A stretch of DNA of 63,023 nt, filler included, from Thraustochytrium aureum (Eukaryota), in assembly GCA_012862495.1 (NCBI GenBank). It is 4 parts of 3 records of this genome, joined end to end, with 100 filler letters (N's around TTAATTAATTAA, not from the genome) between each part and the next. Parts side by side here need not be neighbours in the genome. Positions count along the whole stretch, not along the records: positions 1 to 26,736 come from BLSG01000323.1; 3 more parts are not named here. One strand, given 5' to 3'. Under the pieces are notes generated by a model. The model was not told the origin of the DNA. It did no database searches and was given only the letters and a program-made list of their open reading frames with translations. Below, in pieces: positions 1 to 11,700 of this stretch. Positions within the stretch are counted from its first letter, which is position 1. Every line of letters starts with the position of its first letter. The translations under genes and the position numbers were made by a program.

Positions 1-1674
1 TGTCGCCGCGGCCATGGCCTCCCGCGCAACCGACGTCAGCGGCTTGCTCGACAAAGCCGAACGCAAAGAGGTCCGGCTGGCCAAGGTGGACGCTTGACGC
101 AAACCGCGACGTCGACCACCGGAAGGGCGGCTGCTGGTCATGCGTCGGCCCGTTTTGCGCACGCGCGACTCTGCACCCGCTCAAGACCCGGCTGAGCGAG
201 GTCACTTTGGTGTCGATTCCGCCAAACGCCTTGGCGAGCACCGGCTCTGCCAGGTCCTTGCGCGCGGAAATTGCGTCCGCTGGGTTGCCTTTGCTCAGCG
301 GATCGTTCTCAAAGTCGTTGTAGCGCAGCAGGCGCTCAAGGTCGGGCAGGTTCTGAACCCGCGGCGCGTCGCGAGCGAATATGCGGCGGCGCGGGCAACG
401 CTCGTAGCTATAGTCGTCCCCGAAGGCGGCCTTGGCGGCAGGGAACCCAGACCGGTTGTACACTTGTGGAAAGAAAGGCACGTTCATCGAGGGCCAATAG
501 TTGCCGAGCGCGCGGAAGCGCGGTGTGACGTCCTGCGCGACAGCAATCTGCGGCGCGACCTCCATGACCCACAGAAAACCTGGGCGGGCTCCAACGCCGC
601 GCTCGAAGCGCTTGAGGTCGGCAACCATCCACTGGTTGGCGTACGTCCCGGAGCTGTTGCGGGCGAAGAGCTCGGTCCAGGTTCGCCCGTCAGCGGCCAG
701 GCTGTTGACGGCCGGGATGCGCTGCCACGTGAGCAGCGAGTTGGCGTGAATGTCGCGGTAGAGGGAACGGTCCAGGATCCCGTTGGTGGTCTCCATTACC
801 ACCATGCGCTGGTGCGGGCTGTGCAGCACGTAAAAGTCGTCTTTTGAGTAGACGACGCCGGGCTTTGCAGAGAACGAGACGCGAGCCCCCGCAAAGTCGT
901 AGTGCTTAAACACTCGGAGCATGTTTTCGTAGGCGGACCACGTGGTGTGGCCCAGAAACACGTCGCTCAGGTCGTCCGGGGCTCGGATTAGCGCCGAGCA
1001 CGACACGACGTGGTGCCAGGCGTTGCTGAACGCCTCTGCAGTCATCTCGTCCACGCGGAGGGTGAACCTCTCGGGCTGGGTCGCAGGGATGATGTCGTAC
1101 AAGTCCCCCGCCGCTTGCAACAGCAAAAGGTCTTGCAGCGACATGCGGTCACGCGGCGGGAGAGCGTGGTTGGCGCCTGCGAGCACCCCGCGCACCTGCT
1201 CGACAACCTGGCCGACGCGCGAGAGCAGAGCGTCCCCGTGTGCTGCGCCTTGCTTGGCCTGCTCCTCCACAAAGGCCCAGTTGTCCGCAATGAACGTCCT
1301 CGTCGCGTTCGCGATGGGCTGGCGTCCGTAAACGTCGTTGTCCACCACGAGTCGAAGTGCTGGCGGACCATGCGAGCCGTGAGCGCCCCTTCAACAAACC
1401 CGGCGCCAAAGGCTGCTTTCAGGGGGTCCTGCGCGAGGCCGCGCACCCAGAGTTTGGCCCACCCGTCCTCAGAGAGGTCGTCCTCAAGTCGGCCGACCGC
1501 AAGCGCGCCGTCCACGCCGTCGCGCCCGCTCTCCTCCACTCTGCAGCCGCGGCCGTCATGCTCGCAGACAACGGCAAGCCATGCCAGCGCCGCCTCGCTC
1601 GGCGCGGCAGCGAGCGCGAGGCCTGCGAGCGCGGCGAGGGCCCGACCCATGACGCACCTCTTCGCGCGCGCCAT
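1..1674 (-). CDS. Phospholipase B-like (PLBD1/2 family, Ntn-hydrolase), secreted/lysosomal; 3' end runs off the window; one apparent frameshift near 1310-1330
   Basis: Signal peptide (MGRALAALAGLALAAAPSEA), then GWAKLWV...AFGAGFVEGALT. After the frame change: SCSALIR (catalytic Cys), GHTTWSAYENMLRVFKHY, SKDDFY, ETTN, NSSGTYANQWM, YWPSMNVPFF, LLRYNDFENDPLS, AISARKDL, FGGIDTKVTS, GPTHDQQPPFRWS, HLGQPDLFAF. These are PLBD family motifs. Confidence 0.9.
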
Positions 1675-2961
1675 CCCGCCAGGAAATCCCTGCTCGCCGG
1701 CCGCGCCCAGCGACAAAGCAGCGGAGCGGGACCCTGCCCTGCGCGTCTGCGAGACCCCGCGACGCGACGGTCTGGCTCGAGCAGCGCGGCGCGAGCAACA
1801 GGGAACTCTCTGGCGGGCGGATTTGTGCCGAGATGGCCGTTTCCGGCGTGCATTCCAACGACCTCTCCAGGCGGCCGGCGCGGGCGCCCTGCTGGCCCCC
1901 AGGCGAGCGCAGTGATGTGCTACGGCGGCGCCCTGGCGGGCCGGCGAGGGCGGCGATGTTGACACCGTGAAGCGGGCAACTCGCCGGGGATCGAGCGAGC
2001 GCGACCTCGACGCCAAGACGGCTGCGCCCTCCGCCGCCCTCACGCCAGCCAACACNNNNNNNNNNNNNNNNNNNNNNNNNNNNNNNNNNNNNNNNNNNNN
2101 NNNNNNNNNNNNNNNNNNNNNNNNNNNNNNNNNNNNNNNNNNNNNNNNNNNNNNNNNNNNNNNNNNNNNNNNNNNNNNNNNNNNNNNNNNNNNNNNNNNN
2201 NNNNNNNNNNNNNNNNNNNNNNNNNNNNNNNNNNNNNNNNNNNNNNNNNNNNNNNNNNNNNNNNNNNNNNNNNNNNNNNNNNNNNNNNNNNNNNNNNNNN
2301 NNNNNNNNNNNNNNNNNNNNNNNNNNNNNNNNNNNNNNNNNNNNNNNNNNNNNNNNNNNNNNNNNNNNNNNNNNNNNNNNNNNNNNNNNNNNNNNNNNNN
2401 NNNNNNNNNNNNNNNNNNNNNNNNNNNNNNNNNNNNNNNNNNNNNNNNNNNNNNNNNNNNNNNNNNNNNNNNNNNNNNNNNNNNNNNNNNNNNNNNNNNN
2501 NNNNNNNNNNNNNNNNNNNNNNNNNNNNNNNNNNNNNNNNNNNNNNNNNNNNNNNNNNNNNNNNNNNNNNNNNNNNNNNNNNNNNNNNNNNNNNNNNNNN
2601 NNNNNNNNNNNNNNNNNNNNNNNNNNNNNNNNNNNNNNNNNNNNNNNNNNNNNNNNNNNNNNNNNNNNNNNNNNNNNNNNNNNNNNNNNNNNNNNNNNNN
2701 NNNNNNNNNNNNNNNNNNNNNNNNNNNNNNNNNNNNNNNNNNNNNNNNNNNNNNNNNNNNNNNNNNNNNNNNNNNNNNNNNNNNNNNNNNNNNNNNNNNN
2801 NNNNNNNNNNNNNNNNNNNNNNNNNNNNNNNNNNNNNNNNNNNNNNNNNNNNNNNNNNNNNNNNNNNNNNNNNNNNNNNNNNNNNNNNNNNNNNNNNNNN
2901 NNNNNNNNNNNNNNNNNNNNNNNNNNNNNNNNNNNNNNNNNNNNNNNNNNNNNNNNNNNNN

Positions 2962-3675
2962 GTCCTCGCCGGCTACTGTGAAAGTGGTCTGGAACATGAG
3001 GTCGACGAGTTGCTGGTTGGTCTTGATGCGGTTCAGCGGGACCATGATGATGTGGCGGTTCGTGTATGCGGCGAGGGCCTTGATGAGGCTCGTCTTGCCG
3101 GTGCCGGGCTCGCCGTGCAGCAGGAGGCCGAGCTTGCGCGGGTAGCTGGGGATCGCGTAGCGCCCGGTGCCCTCTTGGAACGAGTCGACGATGCGGAGCA
3201 GCTTGCTCTTCTCCGGAAAGAAGAGCGTGTCGAAGGTCTTGCGCATGTGGAGCTTGTAGCGGCGCGCGGACAGGACGCCCGCGTCCTGCTCCTCGCCGTT
3301 GTCGTTGCTCGACTTGGCGTCGTCGTTGCTCAGCATGTACATGTAGCGCGTGGTGCGGTCCGAGCAGCGCTCGATCTCGGTCTTGTACCAGTTGAACACG
3401 CGGTCCAGGTACTCTTGGATGTGCTTGTCCCCGTCAGCGCGCTTCGAGCAAAACGTGTAGTTGATCGACAGGGTGGACCGCACCGAGTTGCCTGCCTCCT
3501 CGGTCTCCTTGCTGGAAGTGCGCCGGAAGGTGAGGTCCTGCTCGAGCTCGGCCCACTCGCCCTCTGCCGGGAGGTCGACCATGTTGTACCGCTCGAGCTG
3601 CTCGGCCGTCGACCCGTACTCGGCCTGCCAATTCCGCGAGTCCCATGAGGACAGCTCCTTGACGGCCATCAGAGA
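2962..3675 (-). CDS. BCS1-like AAA+ ATPase, internal fragment between two N gaps
   Basis: KTFDTLFFPEK...YAIPSYPRKLGLLLHGEPGTGKTSLIKALAAYTNRHII: Walker A in BCS1-like context. Both ends lie in gaps. Confidence 0.75.
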
Positions 3676-4294
3676 NNNNNNNNNNNNNNNNNNNNNNNNN
3701 NNNNNNNNNNNNNNNNNNNNNNNNNNNNNNNNNNNNNNNNNNNNNNNNNNNNNNNNNNNNNNNNNNNNNNNNNNNNNNNNNNNNNNNNNNNNNNNNNNNN
3801 NNNNNNNNNNNNNNNNNNNNNNNNNNNNNNNNNNNNNNNNNNNNNNNNNNNNNNNNNNNNNNNNNNNNNNNNNNNNNNNNNNNNNNNNNNNNNNNNNNNN
3901 NNNNNNNNNNNNNNNNNNNNNNNNNNNNNNNNNNNNNNNNNNNNNNNNNNNNNNNNNNNNNNNNNNNNNNNNNNNNNNNNNNNNNNNNNNNNNNNNNNNN
4001 NNNNNNNNNNNNNNNNNNNNNNNNNNNNNNNNNNNNNNNNNNNNNNNNNNNNNNNNNNNNNNNNNNNNNNNNNNNNNNNNNNNNNNNNNNNNNNNNNNNN
4101 NNNNNNNNNNNNNNNNNNNNNNNNNNNNNNNNNNNNNNNNNNNNNNNNNNNNNNNNNNNNNNNNNNNNNNNNNNNNNNNNNNNNNNNNNNNNNNNNNNNN
4201 NNNNNNNNNNNNNNNNNNNNNNNNNNNNNNNNNNNNNNNNNNNNNNNNNNNNNNNNNNNNNNNNNNNNNNNNNNNNNNNNNNNNNNNNNNNNNN

Positions 4295-4940
4295 GACCAA
4301 GATGCGCTCTGCAACGCCGCGCACGAATTCGTCGTCGTCCGCCTCAAGCTGCGTCGCTGCACCCTCGTCGCGGTCGTCCGTCGGCCCGCCGCCGCGCACC
4401 ACGCCGCGAGCGGCCACAATCTCAACGATGCGCTCCACCGAAAACTTGTTCTCCGTGTCGATGTACACAACGCTCCGCTTGCTCTGCAGCGCACTGTCCA
4501 CCGCGGCCGTCAGGCACAGTTGTGTCTTGCCTGCGCCGGCGCGCCCCACCACCTCGACCACGTGGCCGGGCCACAGCCGCAGCACGCTCAGCGGCGACCG
4601 TGCCGCCTTGCTCGACGCGAGCATCGCCATGGCCGTCGTCAGCGGCGGCACCACCCCCTGCGCGACCGTCTTGAGCACCTCTCGCGCGTCTCGGAACCCG
4701 ACTTTCAGCTGCGCCATCACCTGAAACTCCGACATCGCCAGCACCTGGTCAGCCCCGAGCTCCGCCCCGCCACAGCCGCCCGCGCCCCTCCTCGGCCCGC
4801 GCCTCGCGCCTCAGAGCCTCGGCGCGGTACTCGCGCGCGAGCTGCTCCAGGAGCGCCTTGACCGGGATCCCGTGCGCGCCAACGCCATCCTGCAGCCCCA
4901 ACGCGAGGCGCGACACGCTCTTCGTCTTGCTCGCCGCCAT
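4295..4940 (-). CDS. RAD51 paralog (RAD51B-like), 5' part; frameshift near 4760-4800; 3' part in gap
   Basis: MAASKTKSVSRLAL N-terminus, then VVEVVGRAGAGKTQLCLTAAV (Walker A) and SVVYIDTENKFSVERIVEI, typical of RAD51B-like paralogs. Confidence 0.8.
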
Positions 4941-5360
4941 GGCCAGGCCCTATCGCCGCACGCGTGCACGCCCTCGAGAGCGACCGACGCGCTGGCAACG
5001 CGTCCTCGACTCGGAGGATGTCCTCGCGGCGCTCCTGCGGCAGGCGGGCGGGCGGGCGGGCAACCCCCCTTGGAAGAGGCCAGCGAGGGCGTCAACTTGG
5101 ACTCGGAGGCCGCCTCGAGGCCGGGCGCAGTGCGCTCGTTGCACTCGTTGCTCTATGCGGGCGGGCGGCGGGACGGCTGCGCGCCGCTCGCGGATGGCAA
5201 GTGGGGACGAACGGGAGGAGGGGGCCCGGAGCGAGCCATGTTTGTGAGTTCGCGTTCGCTGCCTGTTGGCGTTCGGCTACATGCAGTACTCGACAAGCTC
5301 AGCTCTGGCTAGCTCTAGCTAGCTTGCAGTGGTGCATCTGTAGATTGCATGGAGGGCCGA

Positions 5361-7831
5361 TCACCAGCGCAAAAACCCGACCTTGCAGTCCTCGAATACA
5401 CGCGCGGAGGGAGGCAGCGCGGCCGAGGAGGCCTCCAGGTCGGCCTCCAGCCGCTCCAACTGCGCCCGCGTCACCGCCACAGCCCCGTTTTGCTCGGCCC
5501 GCTCCGCCGAAGCGCGCTTGTACGTAACCTTCAGAACGGGCACCATAACGTCCATCTGCTCCGTACGAAGCCACGAGTCGCTCGTCCAAAGGCTAATCTG
5601 GAGGCCCACCGCAGGCGCCGCGTCTTTGGCCGAACGCGCAAAGACCACGACTGTGCGCACCTCGCGAACGTCTGCGAGCCGGGCAACCTGGCTCCCAATC
5701 AGCGTTCCCGTCGTGTCATAACCCTCGAAAAGGCCAGGCCGAGCGCAGGAACGGACGCAGTGCTTGTAGAGCCGGCAAGCCGTCACCGAGCCTCGACCCG
5801 GCTCGGCACGGCCGCAAAGGCTTTCCTCTCCAAGCGGCCCCAACGCGACGAGATCGACCACTTCCGCACCCGACCTGTCCTCCTCCACCTGTCCAACCCA
5901 GACGCCGCACCGGGCGCACTCCACGTGCCGCAGCACGGTGTCTGACTGGACGCTTGCGCTATCCGGTCGCGACTCATTGTGCGCGAGCTCGACGCAAAGG
6001 CGCAGCGCACCCGCGCAAGTATCTGCGGCGTCAAACTCGACGAAAGCCTCGTCCATGAGGCCCACGCCTGGCGCCGGGCGGACCCCGTCACCCTGAAAAG
6101 CCCGCATCGTGCCGTCGCAGCAATAGTCCTCCGGCGGTACGCAGGTGAGGTGCTCGAGCATCTCCGCCCAGGGCGTGAAGGGGGCCTGGTTCACCCGGTG
6201 CACCGCGCTTGTGAGGGCCGCCCCGCACGCCTTGCACTCAACACCTTGCGCAAAAGCGGCCGGTCCAGCTCGTCTGGGCCGGGGTGCATCGTGCGTCGCT
6301 CCCGCCGCGCAATAGCAGCGGAAAACGCGTTGGCGAAGGCAAGCCGCGCCGCCAGAAAGTCGCCGCCGTGCAGACTCAGCGTGCTGCGGTCGAGATCCAC
6401 CTCCTCATCCAAACGCACGTCCAAGAATGGGACGAGGTGGCGGTCTTGCGTAGGGTCGTCGGCGCTGTCCCCGCGCATGCCGCGCATTGCTGGCCACTTG
6501 CGTGGCGCAAGGACTCGCAGCTGCCGCTTGTCCTTTTCGATTGTGAGGGTTGGGATTCGCGGGTCTGGCGTCGGCGTCATCACCTTGGCGGGCAGGGTGG
6601 TGCCTGAGATGTCTACGCGCGCCCCATTTCGGGCCCCAGCGAGTGGGATGTACAGCCAGTAAATCAGCAGGTTGGGCTCTTTAAGCAGCACAAAGCTGGG
6701 CGCTTCGAGGGCGGCGCGGCCGGCGCACACTAGGACGGGCTGCGAGCGGCCGGCGCACCTGCGCCCCTGGTCCGTCACGTACCGAAACTCGTACACGCCG
6801 TCCGGGCCCGGGCACCGCATCGACGCCGAGCCGCTGCGCCCCTGCCGCTGCTACGTCGGCCTCCATGTTCCAGTACTCGTCCGCGTCCAGCTCGTCGATC
6901 CGGTACAGGGCCAAGTAGTCGCCTCCGACGGGCCCGCTGCCACTGCCCATCCACTCCCAGCGCGCCAGCAGCGCCTGGCTTGGCCCCGCGTCTTCCACGA
7001 CGCGACACTCGACCAGCACCTTGCCCGTGCCAAGTTCTGCCGCTGGTGGAGGCGCGTCCCGCAGGTCCAAAGTGGATCCACTTGCGCCGACAACCGTCCC
7101 GGGCGACGCGGGCCCTTCCTCTGTGCTTGCGGCTTTCGCCGCCTCCTTGCCAAGCGCCTCGGACGCGCGCTTCAAAGCGGCTTCATGCGNNNNNNNNNNN
7201 NNNNNNNNNNNNNNNNNNNNNNNNNNNNNNNNNNNNNNNNNNNNNNNNNNNNNNNNNNNNNNNNNNNNNNNNNNNNNNNNNNNNNNNNNNNNNNNNNNNN
7301 NNNNNNNNNNNNNNNNNNNNNNNNNNNNNNNNNNNNNNNNNNCGGCCCGCGCTTGGCGCATCATTTCCTCAAACTCGCCCGGCTCGCCCGCGCTGGCTCT
7401 GCTCTTCGCTGGGGGCGACGGCGGTGCATCTTCGGGACCACTTGGCCGCCGCTCCCCTTTCAGCTGCCTGGCGACGCGCAGCACGTCGCGTTTTTCGGCC
7501 TCCGAGTTGCATTGTTTCAGGGCCATCGCGAGCTGCTTACTCGCCTCGCCGACCCGCCCGAGTGCGTGCAGAGCCGCCGCCATGCGCACGTGCGCCTTCG
7601 GAAACCCCCCCGAGGCCCGACGGCATCCACGCACAGCAGGGCCGCTTCAAGCGCCTGGTCTGGCTTGCCAGCCTTCACCAGCGCCGTCGACAAGTTGGAC
7701 AGCGCCAAGTGCCTTTCAGGGCCCCCGAGCTCGACGGCGCGTCGGTACGCCTCCACGGCGCCGTCCACGTTGTGCTTCGCGAGCTCCGCGTTGCCTCGTC
7801 GCCTCAACTCTTCAGCTTCCTTGTGTTGCAT
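5361..7831 (-). CDS. TPR + SKICH-like + HECT_2 (UBE3D/E3D-like) putative E3 ligase, assembled across about 3 frameshifts and one gap
   Basis: N-terminal TPRs (AEELRRRGNAELAKHNVDGAVEAYRRAV...LSNLSTAL...KAHVRMAAAL). SKICH-like segment (DYLALY...EYW...GVYEFRYV...GRSQPVLV). C-terminal HECT_2 motifs (WAEMLEHLTC, VECARCGVWVG, RLYKHCV, LEASSAALPPSARVFEDCKVGFL). The ORF pieces overlap with no intergenic space. Confidence 0.7.
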
Positions 7832-8072
7832 CGTCTTCTGCGACCGTCGCGCTTTCGACCTCGCGAGGTAGCGTGACGCTCACGAGACTGGCGTAGCGGG
7901 ACGCTTGCGAGACCGGCAAGACGAAGCTTGGCAGACACCGCAATCTGTTCTGCTGCAATCCGTTCTGCCAACACGCCGCTCCGCTGCAAGCGAGCTCGCG
8001 CCCGTCCTCGTCGTCGATCAGAATTCAGAATTCATAAAAGCAGATCAGATCACGGACTTGTGTGACTGGTCT

Positions 8073-8170
8073 GCGTCACAGGGGACTACTCTGTGACGCG
8101 GAATCTCCGATTCGAGGCTTGTCTTGGCGTCTTCCACGCCTGCACACGTCACAGGAGGACTCTTTGTGAC
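8073..8170. promoter_or_regulatory. Two GTCACA-N11-TGTGAC palindromes in the divergent intergenic region upstream of the dynein and TPR-HECT_2 genes
   Basis: GCGTCACAG-9nt-CTGTGACGC at 8073-8099, and GTCACA(8148-8153)-11nt-TGTGAC(8165-8170). Further TGTGAC/GTCAC half-sites occur between 8061 and 8370. Function is inferred. Confidence 0.35.
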
Positions 8171-8434
8171 TGACGGCAAGTCCAGGTACACCGGTCACCA
8201 GACTTTCCGCGTACTGTCAAGTCACTCTAGCCCCCTTGATGATGTACTTGTCGACACTAAGATTCCTCTGTGACTTGACCTAAGCCGCGATCTTGGTATT
8301 TTTCTCGTCACAGGACGTCTATTGTTGATTTCACCGCCATTTCGGTGACGTGCACGGACTTGATGTGACGGAAGAGTTTCCGTTATGGGCTGGCGACGGT
8401 TGAGCACACGACAGAGCGCTGAGTGGGACGGCGC

Positions 8435-8553
8435 GCAGCAGCAGCACCAGCAGCACCAGCACCAGCAGCACAAGCACCACCAGCACAAGCAGCACAAGCA
8501 GCACAAGCAGCACAAGCACAAGCGCCAGCAACAGACACAGCAGCAGGCGCAGC
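8435..8553 (+). repeat. (CAG/CAC/AAG)n compound microsatellite
   Basis: cagcagcagcaccagcagcaccag...cacaagcagcacaagcag, upstream of the dynein ATG. Confidence 0.85.
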
Positions 8554-8729
8554 GGCACTGGAGACGCGTGGCTCCTAGACTCGGTGCTCGTGACGCCGGG
8601 AGCCCGCCTTAGTCATAGGGTTGTGGGCCCGAGGTGTGCTGAGCGACTCCCCGGCCGTCCGAGAACCTGCGCCACTGCGTATCGAGCCTGCTTGCGCGCG
8701 AGCAGGCTGCATCGGACGCGCGACGCGGG

Positions 8730-11700
8730 ATGGCGTTTCAGGCACGGCACAGATGGATGATCAACAAGATTAACGAGGGACTCGGGTTCGAGGACGAGGC
8801 CTTCGTGGAGCGCAGCTTGAAAACCGAGGATGCACTGCGGCACATGAACGCCTTCTTCAGCGCGCAGGGGCCAGACCACCTTTTGTTCTTTTACCAGCCA
8901 CGCGGTGAAGGGTGGGCCGGCAACGTCGCGCCTAACGCGGCGCATACCCTTGAGAACGCGAGCAGTGCCCCTTCCAACTCGGAGCGCAAGTCCGGCGACG
9001 AAGACGGCTCCGCCAGCGTCGCGACCACCATCGCCTTGGACAATCAGGCAAACGAACAAGTTGCGGTAGCCGGCGCGCCACACGATCACGGCGACAAAGC
9101 TCTCTTCCCGACAGACGGAAGGTCCGTGGCTCTGCTCGGGCAATGCGTCTACTTCTTTCGAGTCAACGATCCGACCCAAGACAAGCAGGACCTCGATCCC
9201 ACAACCGCAGGAGACAGTCTCGTCTCGTTCGGAACAGTGACCGCAGAGCTGCTCGGCTCGTACGAGGCAGTGCTCAGCAAAGCGTTCAAGCCCCTGATCG
9301 ATGCCAAGGCCGAGTGGCGCCTGGCCTCCACGAAAGAAACGCGCGACTTTTGCAACGGGCTAGAAAAGTTTGTGGAAAACGTCCAGGAAAACCTGCAAAG
9401 CCTCTCGGCCGGCCTGGAGCTGGCAAAGCCAAAGCCACACTTGCTGGATCTTGCCCTCAGCTCCACAAGGCCCTCGCCGGACGTTATCGCTCACTTTGTC
9501 GACCTGCTCCAGAGCTGGTGCGAGGCCGTGGAGAGCTGCCTGGACGAAGACGAGCAAGCCAAGTGGAACAGCGACGACAAGGGCCCGTACACCGAAGTCG
9601 AGTACTGGCGCAGACGCACGCAGCGCCTTGCCTCCATCACCGAGCAGCTCAAGGGCAAGGACTGCCGCTCGGTTATCAGCGTTCTTCAGAGCGTCTCCAA
9701 GGCGCAGCAGCAGCAGAAGCTTGGCTTTGGGGCGGTCGGCGGCGGGGCCTCTCCGCTGGGCATGTTCTCCGGCCTCGGGGGAGGCATGGGCGGCGAGCTG
9801 CAAATGCAGAGCGTCGTCACCCTGCTGCGGCGGTGGCGCCAGATCGACATAAACATCACCGAGGCAGCCAACGAGGCCAAGGACAACGTCAAGTACTTGG
9901 CAACCCTGGAAAAGTTTATTGACCCCCTGTACAACGGGACCCCGGTGAGCATCCTCGACACTCTCCCCGCGCTCATGAACTCTATCAAGATGATCCACAC
10001 CATCGCGCGGTACTTCAACACCACGGAGCGGATGACGGGCCTTTTCATGAAGATCTCCAACCAAATGATCATCAACTGCAAGCGGTTCCTCACCGCTGCA
10101 GACTCGGGGGCGCGCGCCAGCTCTAGGACTGACGCCAACGCGGGGAATTCCCCGGCAAGTCCTGGCGGCCCGGGGAGCCCCGAAGGCGCCTCGGAAGGCG
10201 CCTCGGGCGGCGCCGCTGCCACAAAGGCCGTCGCGGGTCGCCGAGCCGCCCGAGAACGACGCGCGCTGGCCGCGGGAAATGGCCCTGGCGCCAATGGCGG
10301 CGGCGCTGGCGGGGGCGGGATGGCCAGCGACAACGCCCGCGACACCGGAGACGCAGTGCACCGCATTTGGGAGCGCGACCCGGAGCAGCTATTACACGCT
10401 TTGGAGGCGTGCTTGCGGCTTAACGNNNNNNNNNNNNNNNNNNNNNNNNNNNNNNNNNNNNNNNNNNNNNNNNNNNNNNNNNNNNNNNNNNNNNNNNNNN
10501 NNNNNNNNNNNNNNNNNNNNNNNNNNNNNNNNNNNNNNNNNNNNNNNNNNNNNNNNNNNNNNNNNNNNNNNNNNNNNNNNNNNNNNNNNAGGCGTACCAG
10601 GAGCAGTACCACATCACCAAGGACAAGCTCTTGACGATGCCGAAGGGCCGCCAGTTCGACTTTAGCGAGACGCAGATTTTCGGCAAGATGGACCTCTTCT
10701 GCAGGCGGGTGATCAAGCTGATCGACATGTTTAGCACCATCCACCAGTTCGAGAGCCTGGGCCGCCACCACCTCGAAGGCATGGAAGGCCTCATCACCCA
10801 GTTCCAGCGCATCGTTCAAGAGTTTCGCGGCCGCGAGCACGACCTGCTCGACTTTTACAACAACAAGTTCGACCGCGACTACATACAGTTCAACGTACGC
10901 ATCTCGGACCTCGAGGCGCTCTTGCAGCAGTTTATCAACCGCTCGTTCGAGTCGATCACCTCGATCGAGGCCTCGCTCACCCTGCTGAAAAAGTTCCAGA
11001 TGATCTTGCAGCGGGAGAACCTCAAGTCGGACCTCGAGAGCAAGTTCACCGTGATCTTCCACAACTACGGCTTGGACCTGACAACTGTGCAAGAGCTCTA
11101 CGAGAAGCACAAGCACAGCCCGCCCATCAGCCGAAACATGCCCCCGGTGGCGGGCAGCATACTGTGGTCGCGCCACCTGCTCCGCCGCATCGAGGAGCCC
11201 ATGCGCAAGTTCGAGATGAACCAGAGCGTGCTCTCTACCAAGGACTCGAAAAAGATCATCAAGACCTACAACAAGGTGGCCAAGACCCTCGTCGCCTTCG
11301 AGTACCTCTGGTATGAGGCCTGGTGCAACTCGGTCGAGGCCGCTCGCGCCGGCTTGCAGGCAACGCTGATCATCCGACACCCAGCAAACAAGAAGCTCTT
11401 CGTCAACTTTGACCCCGAGATCCTCCAGCTCATCCGCGAGGCCAAGTGCATGGCGCGGATGGGCATCGAAATCCCGGCCTCGGCCAAGATGGTCCTCCTG
11501 CAGGAGAAAAAGTTCAAGCACTATTTCAACGAGCTCACATACCTGCTCCGCGAGTACGACAGGGTGCTCGCCATGGTGCTCCCCGTCGCACGAGAGATGC
11601 TTGGCCCTCACGTCGCAGACCTGGACCTCGCGCTCCGCCCCGGCATGGTCACGCTGACATGGGCGAGCATGAACATCGACGCATACAAGCACAGCGTGCA

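Noticed and set aside
140..847. Long plus-strand ORF here and many other antisense ORFs (e.g. 9686-11872, 57652-58488, 59058-60323)
   Set aside because: Shadow ORFs caused by high GC3 on the coding strand; no recognisable motifs.
1042..4744. ORFs of 1150 and 436 aa joining RAD51, AAA and phospholipase segments
   Set aside because: Artefacts of translating through N gaps.
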